NCBI GenBank assembly: GCA_964016885.1
Contig: OZ024742.1
Coordinates: 275,466,001-275,530,000 of the forward strand
Length of the DNA: 64,000 nt
DNA from: Eledone cirrhosa
Taxonomy: Eukaryota
Direction: 5' to 3'
Under the pieces are notes generated by a model. It searched no databases and had not been told where the DNA came from. It worked only from the letters and a program-made list of their open reading frames with translations. Made by a program: the position numbers and the translations under genes. Of this stretch, positions 24,674-37,260 are shown piece after piece. Position 1 is the stretch's first letter; every line of letters begins with the position of its first letter.

Positions 24674-26430
24674 TACCATTAAGTAAAATGCTCAATGAAA
24701 CAAAACATGGATATAAAGTCTATGACAAAACCATTAATCACCTGTTCTACATGGATGACCTGAAACTATTTGCAAAAAATGATGAACAATTGCAAGGGCT
24801 ATTATCCACTGTGGAGCATTTCAGTGATGACATTAAAATGGAGTTTGGACTAGATAAATGCGCCAAAGCAACGTTCACCAGAGGAAAGCTGCTGAAGAGT
24901 TCAGACATTAATCTTGATCGGGGAACGTGATAAGAGAACTTGATCAAGAAAAAACTTACAAATATCTAGGTGTTTGTGAAGGAGACGGAATCAAGCACTC
25001 GACAATGAGGGAAAGGATAAGGAAGGAATGTTACCGCAGAGTAAGAGCAATCTTAAGAACGGAATTGAATGCAAGAAATAGGATCGATGCCATAAACACG
25101 CTTGCCATACCAGTAGTAACCTACAGTTACAATGTCATCAACTGGTCAAGCACAGAGATCCGTAGGCTCGATACAAAAATTCGAAAATTCTTAACCATGC
25201 ACAGAATGCATCACCCTAAGGCAGATATAGATAGAATATATCTCCCTAGGAAAGAAGGAGGACGTGGGTTAATCCAGTTATACATTGCGTTGAAAACTGC
25301 AACAATTGGATTATCTACATATCTAAGGGAATCACATGATTGGATGATCAAACTCGTTTTGAAACACGAAAGCATCAAAAGATCATATTCCATTACAAAA
25401 GATGCACAAAGATACAGTAATGGACTACAAATTTCAGAAGTCCCATTTACTGCTGAAATGGAAAACACAGAAAAAGCAAAGCAGGTAAAAGTAACTGCAA
25501 AGAAAGAACTGCTACAGAAACTGGCTAAGAAATGGCAAGAAAAACCTCTGTATGGAAAATACCCAGAGCGATGTTGACAAAACTTTAACCCATCAGTGGT
25601 TGGCATCCTCTGGACTGAAATCGGAGACTTAAGGACTGATTATATCAGCACAAGATCAGTGTCTGCCAACAAAAAATTACCAAGCCAACATAATAAAAAA
25701 TGGATGCAGCCCATTATGCCGTGTATGCAAAAAACAACCAGAGACCATTGACCATATAATTTCAATGTGCAGTCCTATAGCTCCAACCGAATACCTAAAC
25801 AGGCATGACAGAGCTGCACAATACATACATTGGATAATGTGTAAGCATTTTGACCTGCCCCATCAAAAGAATTGGTGGGAGCATCAACCACCTCCCATAC
25901 TTGAAAAAGATCACATCTCAATCTTGTGGAACTTTAGCATCCAAACAGACCGAAAAATAGATGCAAATAGACCTGATATAATATTGAAGGACTTTAAAAA
26001 GAGGGTATGCCTGCTAATTGATATGTCTGTTCCAATAGACAAGAATGTATCTATAAAAACATTTGAAAAATTGAGCAAGTATAAGGACCTGGAGATAGAA
26101 ATTGGAAAAATGTGGAAATTGAGAACTAAAACAATACCAGTGGTTGTAGGCGCTCTGGGAATGATACCTAAGGGTATCTAATGATTACTTATCGCAAATC
26201 CCAGGAAACCCGCGTATAGGAGAAATATAAAAGATAGTACTAATGGGAACTGCCCATATACCAAGGAAGATTCTGTCAATATAAGTACATCACAAGTACA
26301 TCACCTAAAGATGCATGTGTGAGTATGTATGTTCTTTCTTGAACATGGCGGACCTTGTTGTCTCTTGAGGTCACTGGTTGTGACTCGGTGATAACTCGTA
26401 TGAACATAAAACAAGATAAATGCAACTGTA
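24674..26430 (+). mobile_element. R4/Dong-like LINE, family B, 5'-truncated
   Basis: HLFYMDDLKL, YKYLGV, CRVC..H..C, NRPDIIL..LIDMSVP..KY.DL (RLE), IPVVVGALG; (TAA)n at both ends. Confidence 0.92.
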
Positions 26431-26443
26431 ATAATAATAATAA

Positions 26444-28840
26444 TGGTTTCTTTATTGGCCACAAGGGCTGGCACGAAGAAAAACACTATAGATGGTACAG
26501 AACGGTACAGGACGATACAAAATATGTTTTGGTCGTGTAAAAAGGTTATAACAAGAAGATAGAAATTTGTAAAAACAAATTTAAAAAGAAAATTCAAACA
26601 AGTTTCAAACAAAAAAAATTCAAAAGATTCCCCAATAGGTGGGAAACCTACGTGGGTCACTCTTGACGAAAACCACACAAAAGATCACGGACACCCTGGC
26701 CACCAGGGCAAGCAACCTCTCTCAGTTCCCCCAATCCTCTGTTTACAGGGGCAGTGGCCCGTTTACTCGGACCAGACTCGCCACTTTCACCCATCGTTCA
26801 ACAAACTTACTGGAAGACAGCACTTGCTTCTCCATCCTCATTTTCTCTTGAAGTGAATCAGGGATTCGGTGAAGAGGAAAGTGTCCTTCTTCAATCCTTT
26901 CAACCTTGTCCACCGTAGAATCTCTTTCGCCATGGCAGAAGAAAACTACCTGCCCTCCCCCTTAAAGGAAGTCGGCGGACCTATCTGCAAAATAGACTCA
27001 GTCGATAACCGGATCCGACCTGCACGCGACAAGTCAGCTCCACAAGTCAGCAATACCCGGGCACTGAACAAGTGCATGCACGACGGTTTCCTCAAGCGCA
27101 TCTGGGACAGGTTCGGCTGCCGGCATTTCCGTGCCTGTACAGCTTATCCAAATCGGCAACTCTACCTGTAGCACTTCCAGGCCAAGGATTTCTGGAAGTT
27201 GTCCATAGGCTCCGGGCTGAAACTTCTGTTGCAGAGAGCGAGCAGCTGATTGTTTTCAACGTCCAGGGTCTCCCCGAGAACATCGTCGCTCTTCCCCTAG
27301 TCCTCTAGAGAACGCCGAGATGGATGTTCCACCGATACCAGTGTCCAGCTGGTAGAAGGCGGTGAGCGTTTAGAGACGTTCCAGCTTCTAAGCACTATCT
27401 TTTCCTGATCCAGGACTGAAGCTCCGTCAAGGAGACGACCTGGGAGAAAACACGTCTGACAAACGGCGACAACACCTGTTCAAGGTCAAGGAGGCACCAA
27501 AGATGTCACAGCTTCTTCGCGTGTATGCGCATCATCGGCCATGTCATGCCCAGTCTTCCACGCAACGGGTGTTGACAGCAGATGGATCGTCTGACCATGG
27601 GAACACGTCCCTTCCATAAAAAGCGGAAGAGGAAGTACTCCATTTTGGTTAGGGTTGGGCCGAAGCAAGGCACAAGAGTTAGGCGGTAGCAGATGACGAA
27701 AGCAAAGAACGCATTCGTCAACTCTGCCCGACCTTTCTGGGACAGCTTTCTCTCGGTCCATTTCTGTCCCACCCGGGCCAAGTTCCTTAACCACCCTCTC
27801 TATGATGTATCGCATGCGGTGGATTTAGACGTGGGTGGATCCGCCTGGAATGGCGCATGTCTGTGGCTATTCCACCAGATCACCGATGACAAACGCCAAT
27901 CTGGTTGCTAACACCTTGGCCAAAATCTTAAACTCTGCGTTTAGCAGAGTTATGGGCCTGAAGTTGTCTATAAAGTCCCCCTTGTTCGGGTCTTTTCTCA
28001 ACAGCGCCACCGCTTCCCGGTTCACAAAACTGGAAATGCTCCCGTTCTGCTTCCAGTTGCAGTAGACATCTACCAAGAGGTTACTGAACAAGTCTGGGAT
28101 GTACGCATAAAGCTCGTAGGGCATATCATCCAAACCTGGCGATTTACTCCTCATGCAGTCATACATCGCTTTCCGTATTTCACCTGCTGTTATTAGCCTT
28201 TCGCAATACTACGCTGCGGTCGTCGAGAGCTGCGGCAGTCCTTCGTGGTATGCACTGAAGTTCATACTCCGAACCGGCCCGCCACCGCTTCCAAGCAGTT
28301 GAGCAAAGAGCTGCTGAAAAGTCTGACATATCTGCTAGGGTTCGAATAACATGCGCCCGTTTTGGTCAGGCAAAGATTGAATTGTGCCTTTGTTGCCACG
28401 TCACGCCTCCACCACCACTATTTGATGGCTTTTGTTCCCTCGTGTTTTATATCACGTGCTTTAGCTCTGACAACGCAGTCTTCATGCTTTGCTCTGAAGA
28501 ATTGGTCAAGTACCAATCTCGCCGTAAGCACGTCGGTTGTGATGCCTGTCCTAAACGCCTCTTCTAGCTTTCTAACTAGCGCTATCACTACTTTCTTTTC
28601 GCTACTCCTTTGCTAAACCTTATCGATTCTACTCTAATTGTCCTTTTCAAGGTAAACCACCACCTGTTGTTGAGGATCGCACCCGTCAACGCCCGCTTAA
28701 CTAATTCGCTTATCCAGTCTCTGTAAGCTTTGCGCGCCGGGACATTTGTGGTCCGAGTAGCCGAATACTTTAAATTGTGGACAACCTACGCTAGCCTTAT
28801 CTGTTTCCCTACACAATACCCTATATAGATAAAATCTATC
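26444..28840 (-). mobile_element. L1/Tx1-like LINE subfamily, degraded with internal deletions
   Basis: KSPGLDD, NFRPITLLN and FLWKGRVPMVRRSICCQHP; same 3' UTR layout and tail. Confidence 0.9.
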
Positions 28841-29862
28841 AGATGGATTAAGTGTTGTGGTCTATGCTGGTTTCCATAAAAAATCCAGGTTCCCATAAAG
28901 CCAAACAATAATATCACATTTATTTCTCATAATTCGTGTGTGTAAAGTCATTATTTAACATTAAACTTATCATGCTTTATAATAAAATATGTGGACTTTA
29001 GAAAACGTTCTATACAGTTTACGTTACAAGGAAAATAATAATAAAAAAAAAACATCATATAAAAAAGAGGGAACATGTACAAAACGTTAGTATTTAGCTG
29101 CGCTTGTTTAGTGATCATAAACATTTCTTTTAGTTGTTATTTCGTTGATTTTTCGAACGCATGGATTGGGTCGCTTCCGTCCTGGCTAAAGTAAGGGATA
29201 CTTTTTTTGTTTTTGTTAGTTGTCGTTTGTATAAAAAAGGATTTTGCTTTGATCTGTGACAAGGGGCGTAAGTCCACCTTTCCTCCTTTGTTCAGAGGAA
29301 GAAAATAAAAATCTGTATGTATATATATATATAAAAAAGTATATATATATATATGCTTTTTTTTTTTCATGTTTTAAGTGAGTTCAAAATTTGCATGAAT
29401 TTTTTAATGAACATTTTTTCGTCATTAATTCTTCCTTGCTCTATGATTTCATAATCACATTGGTACAAGAGAAAAACATGCTTTTCCTCCACATTCTTCT
29501 ATAGGTTTGCTTACGGGGATTTTTCTAGTGTATGGAGTTATAATTAGTTGTCTGTGGACTGTCATTCCTTGTCGGAGTTTTAAGTCTGAGTGTCCTATAT
29601 AATGTTCCCGGCAACCTTGTCAAGTTAAGACAAAAATTAAGTTTTCCGAGTATTTTGCAATACACTGTATGCTTAATTAATCATACAGTGTATTGCAAAA
29701 TACACTATATATACATTTATATATATATCGCTATTTCAGAGCACCAATTCTAATTTTCAATTTCTGCTTGACCGGCAACCGCTCTGTATAATCAGTTCCT
29801 GATTATACAGAATTCTATAAGAATCAAACATTCATGATTTTCAGCAAACAGGTGGAGTACTT

Positions 29863-29906
29863 AACTTTGATAAGTACCAAAAAGTACGAAACAGAGCTCT
29901 GTCAGC
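29863..29906 (+). ncRNA. Minimal type I hammerhead ribozyme motif, U3-A8 variant
   Basis: act-TTGATAA-GTAC caaaaa GTAC-GAAA-CAGAGCTCTG-TC-agc. Confidence 0.7.
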
Positions 29907-30088
29907 ATACAGTGTAGTGCAAAATACATTATATATACATTCATATATATATCGCTATTTCAGAGCACCAATTCTAATTTTCAATTTCTGCTTGACCGGC
30001 AACCGCTCTGTATAATCAGTTCGTGATTATTACTAGAATTCTATAAGAATCAAACATTCATGATTTTCAGCAAACAGGTGGAGTACTT

Positions 30089-30133
30089 AGCTTTGATAAG
30101 TACCAAAAAGTACGAAACAGAGCTCTGTCAGCT
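30089..30133 (+). ncRNA. Minimal type I hammerhead ribozyme motif, U3-A8 variant
   Basis: AGCT-TTGATAA-GTAC..GTAC-GAAA-CAGAGCTCTG-TC-AGCT; outer helix tttcagcaaacag/ctgtttgctgaaa. Confidence 0.8.
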
Positions 30134-30284
30134 TTATCTCTGCTGTTTGCTGAAATTTTAAAGTAAGTGAGACTGTCACTACTCTAAAACAATAGCGTAA
30201 GGTCTTCGAAATGCTTTTAATTAAGCATAGTGTATTGCAAAATACACTATACATACATTCATATATATATATATAAATATGTCA

Positions 30285-33190
30285 GGTCACTCTTGAGTGC
30301 TACTGGTAACCAGTACAACCTGTCGCATGGTCGGGTTGTCGGCGACTAAAGTGGCAACCCCACCAAGTGTACTTAGTGAGGAGGGTGGTTTTGGACACCC
30401 TGCAGGACAAAAAACAAAACCTGACAAAGGGCGGAAGAACTGATAAGAGTCAACGGCCTTCCAAAAATGTGTAAATATGTATATACACATGTACATATGT
30501 ATGTGTATGTATATACGTGTGTATATGCCTGGGATGTCAGGGAGGAGCATGTACCTCTGTAGGGGGGGGGGGGGCTAGCCATGCTCTTTTCAGAACAGCT
30601 CGTCCTGCATTGGGTCCCACCTGACACTCAGCTGTGGCCCCAAGAAGCTGTAGCATGCGACAGCGGCCACACCCTGGTAAACCACCTTGGCTCGCGGGCC
30701 GAACCAGGTTGAGGGTAGCCGGACGAGTCTGAAACCCTCCAGTGAGTTAGATAGGGGATTCCTTCCCCTGCATGCGAAGACTGGACCCGGCGGAGTGAGT
30801 GGAGGAGGACAACATCGTCCCAACAGTCACAAAGGAGGCGACAGGAAGTGGTGTGGAGCGCTAGGGCACGGCAAGACACTATAGACGGTGTGGCCATCCA
30901 CTGCAGCCAAGGGAGTCCCTGGTCGTGACGGTCCTCCGTACCACCCGATTCTGGCTTCTGCGGCCGAGTGAGTGGGACCATCACTGTGCACTGGCCTTCC
31001 CACTATAAACCTTTCCCGCACAGGTTTCCTATTTACGTGCACGCCCAAAGTCCTGCGGCGATGGGCGATAGGCAGAGGTAACAGGTGGAGATAACCTCTT
31101 GGAGTTGCCAGTCTCAAACCCACACGTGGGTGGCCTGGATGGGCAAGTCGTTCTCCGCCTGAGCCTGGGATGACAGAGGAGATCAGGCATTCCACCGGGC
31201 GACTGAGCAGCTCTTTTCAGGGGAGCCGTGCTCACCCTCGCACGAGGGTAGGGGCGATAAAAGGAGCCCTAACCAAATGCTCGTCCCACACAAAGCCAGC
31301 CATTCTACCGCGGCTGGCGGTTTTACCCTTGCAAGCGGTCGAAACCAACATAATAGAAACAAGAACTTGATTCTTGGTGCATGGAATATGCGCACCCTCA
31401 TGGATAGGGAAACCTCCTTGAGGTCAGAGAGAAGAACTGCCCTCATAGCAAGGGAATTAGCTCGCTACCGGATCGACATAGTCGCCCTCCTCAGCGAGAC
31501 CAGACTTGCCGAAGAAGGATCAGTAGCAGAACCGAAAGGAGGCTACACCTTCTTCTGGAAGGGCAATGCAAAGGACGAGGACAGAATCAATGGGGTAGGC
31601 CTGGCCATCAGGACTTCACACTGCAAGCAGCTATCAGACCTCCCAACACCTGTGGATGAGCGACTGATAAAGCTCCGCTTCCCCCTCGACCCATCTCGGC
31701 ATGTCACAGTCATCAGCGCGTACCAGCAGCGGTGAAGCAAAGGACGCTTTCTACGGGGAACTTAACGTACCTGTGAAGGGCGTTCCCCCAAGCGATAAAC
31801 TCATCCTACTGGGGGACTTCAACGCAAGAGACGGGTCTGACAGCAGCAACTGGAGAGGCGTGCTGGGACCTCACGGCACAGGGAAGCTGAACTCTAACGG
31901 CCTCATACTGTTGAGTTTCTGCGCCGAGAACGACATCACTAGCACACTGTTCCGCCAGGCAGACAAGTTCAAGACGACATGGATGCACCTCAGATCCAAA
32001 CAGTGGCATCTGATTGACTTTGCCATATGCCGCAGGAGGGACATCCGTGACCTCAGAATCACCAGGGCCATGCGTAGTGCAGAGTGTTGGACCGACCATC
32101 CCCTTGTCAGGATCATCCTGTCACTGCACTTCACCCCGACGCATCGCAAGACTCCGAAAGTCTGTAGGCCAGCTTTCGACGTCGCACGACTCAAGCAGCC
32201 AGAGCATCGTGATGCGTTCGCGGAAGACCTGGACGGCCGGCTGACTGCCCATGGACCACTGATTGGACCCCCAACTCAACAGTGGGACCTGTTCAGGTCG
32301 CTGGTGACGGAGTCAGCCAAGGCAACCATCGGGCCGAGGAAGAGAGTCCACCAGGACTGGTTTGATGAAAACGATGAGCGCATCAGACAACTCCTGGACG
32401 AGACGAGGAGGGCTTTCAGTGAGTGGCAGAATGACAGCTCCTCCACCTCGAAGCGCGACCGCTTCAAGCATCTCCAGAGGCAGACCCAAGCAGTGCTACG
32501 CAGAATGCAGGACAAGTGGTGGGGAAAGAAGACCGAAGAAGTCGAGAGATACGCTGACACAAAGAACTCCAAGATGTTCTTCAGCACCATCGGGGACGTC
32601 GACGGACCCCCCCCCCCAAGCCTGTCACCACACCGCTGCTGTCTGCCGACGGCTCGATCCTGCTGAATGAGAATAGCAGCATTAACTCGAGGTGTAGAGA
32701 GCACTTCAGCAACTTGCTCAAAAGGCCTTCTACTGTCGACCCTGCCGCCCTCGACCGGGTCCAACAGAAGCCCGTAGTCGGTAGCCTCGACCTCCCCCAC
32801 ACCCATGTTGGATGAAGTCACGAAGGCAATCAACCAGACCAGCTTAGGAAAGGCTCCTGGGAAGGACGGGATTCCAGCCGAGATCTTCAAGTCGGCCAGT
32901 CCAGCTGCTCTGGGGGCTTTCCACACCCTCCGCGTCAGCATATGGGAGGAAGAAGAGGTGCCCAAAGACTTCAGGGATGCCACAGTTGTCTCACTTTTTA
33001 AAAACAAAGGCAGCAAAACTGACTGTGGCAACTATCAGGGCATTTCTCTCCTATCAATCGCTGGGAAGGTCTTGGCTCGGGTCATGCTCAACCGCCTCAT
33101 TGCCAACATCTCGGAGGACAACCTGCCTGAGGCCCAGTGTGGGTTCCGCCCAAACCGCAGCACGATCGACATGATCTTCTCTGTCCGCCT
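30285..33190 (+). mobile_element. RTE (BovB-like) LINE, 5' UTR plus EN and start of RT, 3'-truncated, frameshifted
   Basis: GAWNMRTL, LSETRL, LLGDFNAR, WHLIDF, CWTDH, KAPGKDGIP, NYQGISLLS and QCGFRPNRSTIDMIF; sequence breaks at about 33190. Confidence 0.92.
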
Positions 33191-33704
33191 CTGTAAATTC
33201 TTTAACTAAATCTCGCAACCCAAACCTTACATTTTTTAAACTGTTTAATTTTTAATTTTCTAATTTTTTTAATTTTATAATTTTAATCTTTAATTTAATT
33301 TTTTTAAATTTCATCCTGTAAATCTAAACAAAAATTTAACGTTCCAATTTTCTGTTCACACATTATACCATGCAGACGCCCACTATATATACCTCTGTTA
33401 TACTATATACCTCTGTTAAGATATAGGTTCTTTAGAATAACATTTTTCGCGGCAATTCCTAGCCTGATTGTAGCATGACATTAACGCTGACTTTTCTTCT
33501 TTCTTTCTGTCGTTTTTTTTTTCTCTTTGACCGGGAGGTTAGTAGCACATTATAAGCTTTCGCCTCCTCACCAGATAGCCTTAAGTAGACCGAATGGCCA
33601 GCACTTGAGGCTAAAGTGGAAGATGCTAGATGGTCGGTCGTCCTCGCGTCTATGATTTTCAACCCCATGGATTTTATCTGTTACATTCTTTTATTATATT
33701 TCGA

Positions 33705-33762
33705 ATACCTGATGACATCACAGGATTCATACGGAACCCGGTCATTGAAATGATCATAGTAT
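33705..33762 (+). ncRNA. Hammerhead ribozyme motif, probably in a solo Penelope-type pseudo-LTR
   Basis: ATAC-CTGATGA-...-GAA-ATGATCAT-A-GTAT, followed by AATAAA and then (AT)n(GT)n. Confidence 0.65.
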
Positions 33763-33809
33763 AATAAACCTTTCAATGATTTACACAAGTCCAGCCTCCT
33801 GTTATTTTA

Positions 33810-33938
<129 letters not shown>

Positions 33939-34154
33939 TTTTATGTGTTATGTATTTCCGTAGAAAAGGTAAATGAAAGAAAAGTACAGAGCTATTCAGT
34001 TACATAGTAAACAACACAATATAGGTATTCTACTATCAAAGGTTTCAGGAAACTAGACGATCCAGCACGCTCATCAGATGGACTATTTATGTTTGGCTAC
34101 AAGATTTGAAATTAGTATCTATTAAAAATGAAAGTGATGCTGAATTAAAATAAC

Positions 34155-34284
34155 TGTTTCTACTTTTGGCACAAGGCCAGCAATTAATCAGTACATTACT
34201 GGCAAAGTGAACCTCGGTGGGATTTGAACTCAGACCGTAAAGGGACGTAACTATGCTGGAAAGCATGGCGTCCAACTCTCTACC
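34155..34284 (-). mobile_element. SINE family 1, internally deleted
   Basis: B box and tail present; central core missing relative to 63181-63366. Confidence 0.8.
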
Positions 34285-34408
34285 TTAAAATAACGGAACA
34301 AATACATGTACACACAGATCCAGATATACATGTACATACACATCAAAATACATGCGTGAATCTATACGTACATACATATATACAAATATACAAATCCCTC
34401 CTGTCTCC

Positions 34409-34410
<2 letters not shown>

Positions 34411-34479
<69 letters not shown>

Positions 34480-34519
34480 GCTCTCTTTCCCTCTCTCTCT
34501 CTCTCTCTCTCTCTCCTTC

Positions 34520-34608
<89 letters not shown>

Positions 34609-34669
34609 GTATATATATATATATGTATATATGATTTTATTTTTAATATTCGGGAAGGTCAGCCGTAGC

Positions 34670-34725
<56 letters not shown>
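34411..34725. repeat. (CT)n and (TA)n microsatellite cluster
   Basis: Direct reading; interrupted by a short element fragment at 34632-34677. Confidence 0.92.
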
Positions 34726-34729
<4 letters not shown>

Positions 34730-34973
34730 AGTATGTGTGTATACGTACATACATATATGTATACAGACGTACAGTAGCATGCATATATATATATATGTAT
34801 ATACATATACGTATATACATACGGGTACACATACATATATGCACGTATCAGTTTAGCAGACGCTTATTATAACGCCGCTTTGTTCGTTTGTGAACAAACT
34901 GAACAGCCTGAATTTTTATGCCGTACGGTGTTAAGGCAACCACGTCACCTTTTTGTTCAACACTGACACAGGA

Positions 34974-35016
34974 ACGATGTACTAGTTTCAAGCTTGTTAG
35001 CTATCATCAGCACCGT
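34974..35016 (-). ncRNA. Minimal type I hammerhead ribozyme
   Basis: Reverse complement of 35816-35858. Confidence 0.85.
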
Positions 35017-35251
35017 ATACCCATCTGCCAGATAGTTGAACGTTCGAAAGTATATACTTTCCTTATGAAAATTAACGGCTGAGCAGCCTAATTTGCATAT
35101 CGAGTGAGCTAAGTCGGTCAGGCATACCGAAAACGATGAGTTGAAAAAAATGAAAACGAAAATTCATTTCTCACTCTTAGTACGGCACTTACTTAAATGT
35201 AAGTATGTGTGTATACGTACATACATATATGTATACAGACGTACAGTAGCA

Positions 35252-35303
<52 letters not shown>

Positions 35304-35540
35304 CATACAGGTACACATACATATATGCACGTATCAGTTTAGCAGACGCTTATTATAACGCCGCTTTGTTCGTTTGTGAACAAACTGTGTCAGTATTGAA
35401 CAAAAAGGTGACGTGGTTGCCTTAACACCGTACGGCATAAAAATTCAGGCTGTTCAGTTTGTTCACAAACGAACAAAGCGGCGTTATAATAAGCGTCTGC
35501 TAAACTGATACGTGCATATATGTATGTGTACCTGTATGTA

Positions 35541-35580
<40 letters not shown>

Positions 35581-35815
35581 TGCTACTGTACGTCTGTATA
35601 CATATATGTATGTACGTATACACACATACTTACATTTAAGTAAGTGCCGTACTAAGAGTGAGAAATGAAATTTCGTTTTCATTTTTTTCAACTCATCGTT
35701 TTCGGTATGCCTGACCGACTTAGCACACTCGATATGCAAATTAGGCTGCTCAGCCGTTAAGTTTCATAAGGAAAGTATATACTTTCGAACGTTCAACTAT
35801 CTGGCAGATGGGTAT

Positions 35816-35858
35816 ACGGTGCTGATGATAGCTAACAAGCTTGAAACTAGTACATCGT
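35816..35858 (+). ncRNA. Minimal type I hammerhead ribozyme
   Basis: ACGGTG-CTGATGA-tAGCT aaca AGCTt-GAA-ACTAGT-A-CATCGT; palindromic stem III, GUA cleavage triplet. Confidence 0.85.
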
Positions 35859-36016
35859 TCCTGTGTCAGTGTTGAACAAAAAGGTGACGTGGTTGCCTTA
35901 ACACCGTACGGCATAAAAATTCAGGCTGTTCAGTTTGTTCACAAACGAACAAAGCGGCGTTATAATAAGCGTCTGCTAAACTGATACGTGCATATATGTA
36001 TGTGTACCTGTATGTA

Positions 36017-36106
<90 letters not shown>

Positions 36107-36217
36107 TGCTACTGTACGTCTGTATACATATATGTATGTACGTATACACACATACTTACATTTAAGTAAGTGCCGTACTAAGAGTGAGAAATGAAATTTC
36201 GTTTTCATTTTTTTCAA

Positions 36218-36259
<42 letters not shown>

Positions 36260-36263
<4 letters not shown>

Positions 36264-37260
36264 AAAATGGAGAGGCAGTACAAACAAAGGTTTATTAGTT
36301 TCACGCTCTTGAGAGTGGGGTGGACGACGTTTCGGGCATAAGCCCTTCTTCAGGCGAAAAGTGTGTGGGAAGAGAGTTCCAAGGGTGTGTAGGAGAGTGG
36401 GGGAGAGACATTTAGAAAAAAAGGGGGTGACAGGAAACGGTGGAAGGGGTACAAATGAAAATAAATAGAAAAACATAATAAAAATAAACATGAAGATAAA
36501 CAAGTGGTGGAAAAGTGTGGGGCGTGGAGGGGTGGTAGCGGGTGGAGTGGGAAAGGGGGCGGGGTGTCCGAGCGGGGATGGCTGAAGGTGGTGTTGTGTG
36601 TAGGTGTACGTGTGTGTGTATGTGAATGTGAGAGTTGGGGGAAGAACGGGGTTCCATGTCAGGAAAAGGTGTGTGTGGGGTGGAGTGTAGGTCGGTGTGT
36701 GTGTGTGCGTGTGTGGATGGTGAGGAGTCAGAGGGGTGGGTGGGGGAGAGGATTCCGGAGGCTAAGTGTGTAAATATGTGGGGGTACGCACGTGTGTGTG
36801 GTGTTTATACGTATTGTGGATGTAAGTGGCGTGTGAAAAAAAAATGTTTGTAAGTGTATGTCCGTGGGTAAGTTCCTAAGGTAGTTCCGTAGAGGGTGTG
36901 GTGGGGTGCCGGATATTTTCCGAGTGATGGAGTTGATTCGTGGGAGCGATGTCCAATGTGTGTATTCCGTGGTTGGGTTGGTCGGAAGAGGGAGATGTGG
37001 GGTGCGCGCGCAACAGGAAGTGGTCAGAGGGTCAAGGCAGGAGGAAGGTTGTGTGCCTGTGTGTGTGGAGAGGTGGTCAGAGGGTCAGGGCATAGCAGCA
37101 GTAGAGGAGAATGGCAGGTGGAGAAAGTCGGTGTGTCAGTGTGCGCGGAGGTGCGGTGGACAGGGGAGAGGATGGGTAGGTGTGAAAGGTGGAGTGGGGA
37201 GGGTCTCGTGCGGGGGGAGGGTGTGTATTAGTAGAGGTGTTAGTGGGATGTGTGTGTGCG
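36260..37260 (-). mobile_element. Unclassified C/A-rich retroelement 3' fragment with a hammerhead-like motif
   Basis: Minus strand CTGAAGA-aGGGC ttat GCCC-GAAACGTC at 36322-36356, then AATAAA and (TA)n; stem I is weak. Confidence 0.5.

Larger units (their letters stand above)
29650..30275 (+). mobile_element. Non-coding tandem repeat (hammerheads 226 bp apart) with minimal hammerhead ribozymes; retrozyme-like or non-autonomous Penelope-like element
   Basis: Direct repeat about 29683-29906 and 29907-30132; 22-bp inverted repeat 29650-29671/29682-29703 at the left end; ends in (TA)n. Confidence 0.75.
34726..36217. mobile_element. Head-to-head inverted array of a ~470-bp non-coding hammerhead-bearing unit (retrozyme-like or non-autonomous PLE)
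   Basis: Left arm 34726-35386 (about 1.4 units, minus sense); right arm 35387-36217 (about 1.7 units, plus sense); near-identical units; (TA)n flanks. Confidence 0.85.

Noticed and set aside
29150-29200. Host first exon (ATGGATTGG...AAA|GTAAGG)
   Set aside because: Only a donor-like word and a 10-codon frame; insufficient support
34030-34082. Additional hammerhead on the minus strand (CTGATGA...GAAAC)
   Set aside because: Core words are present but stems I and III cannot be paired convincingly
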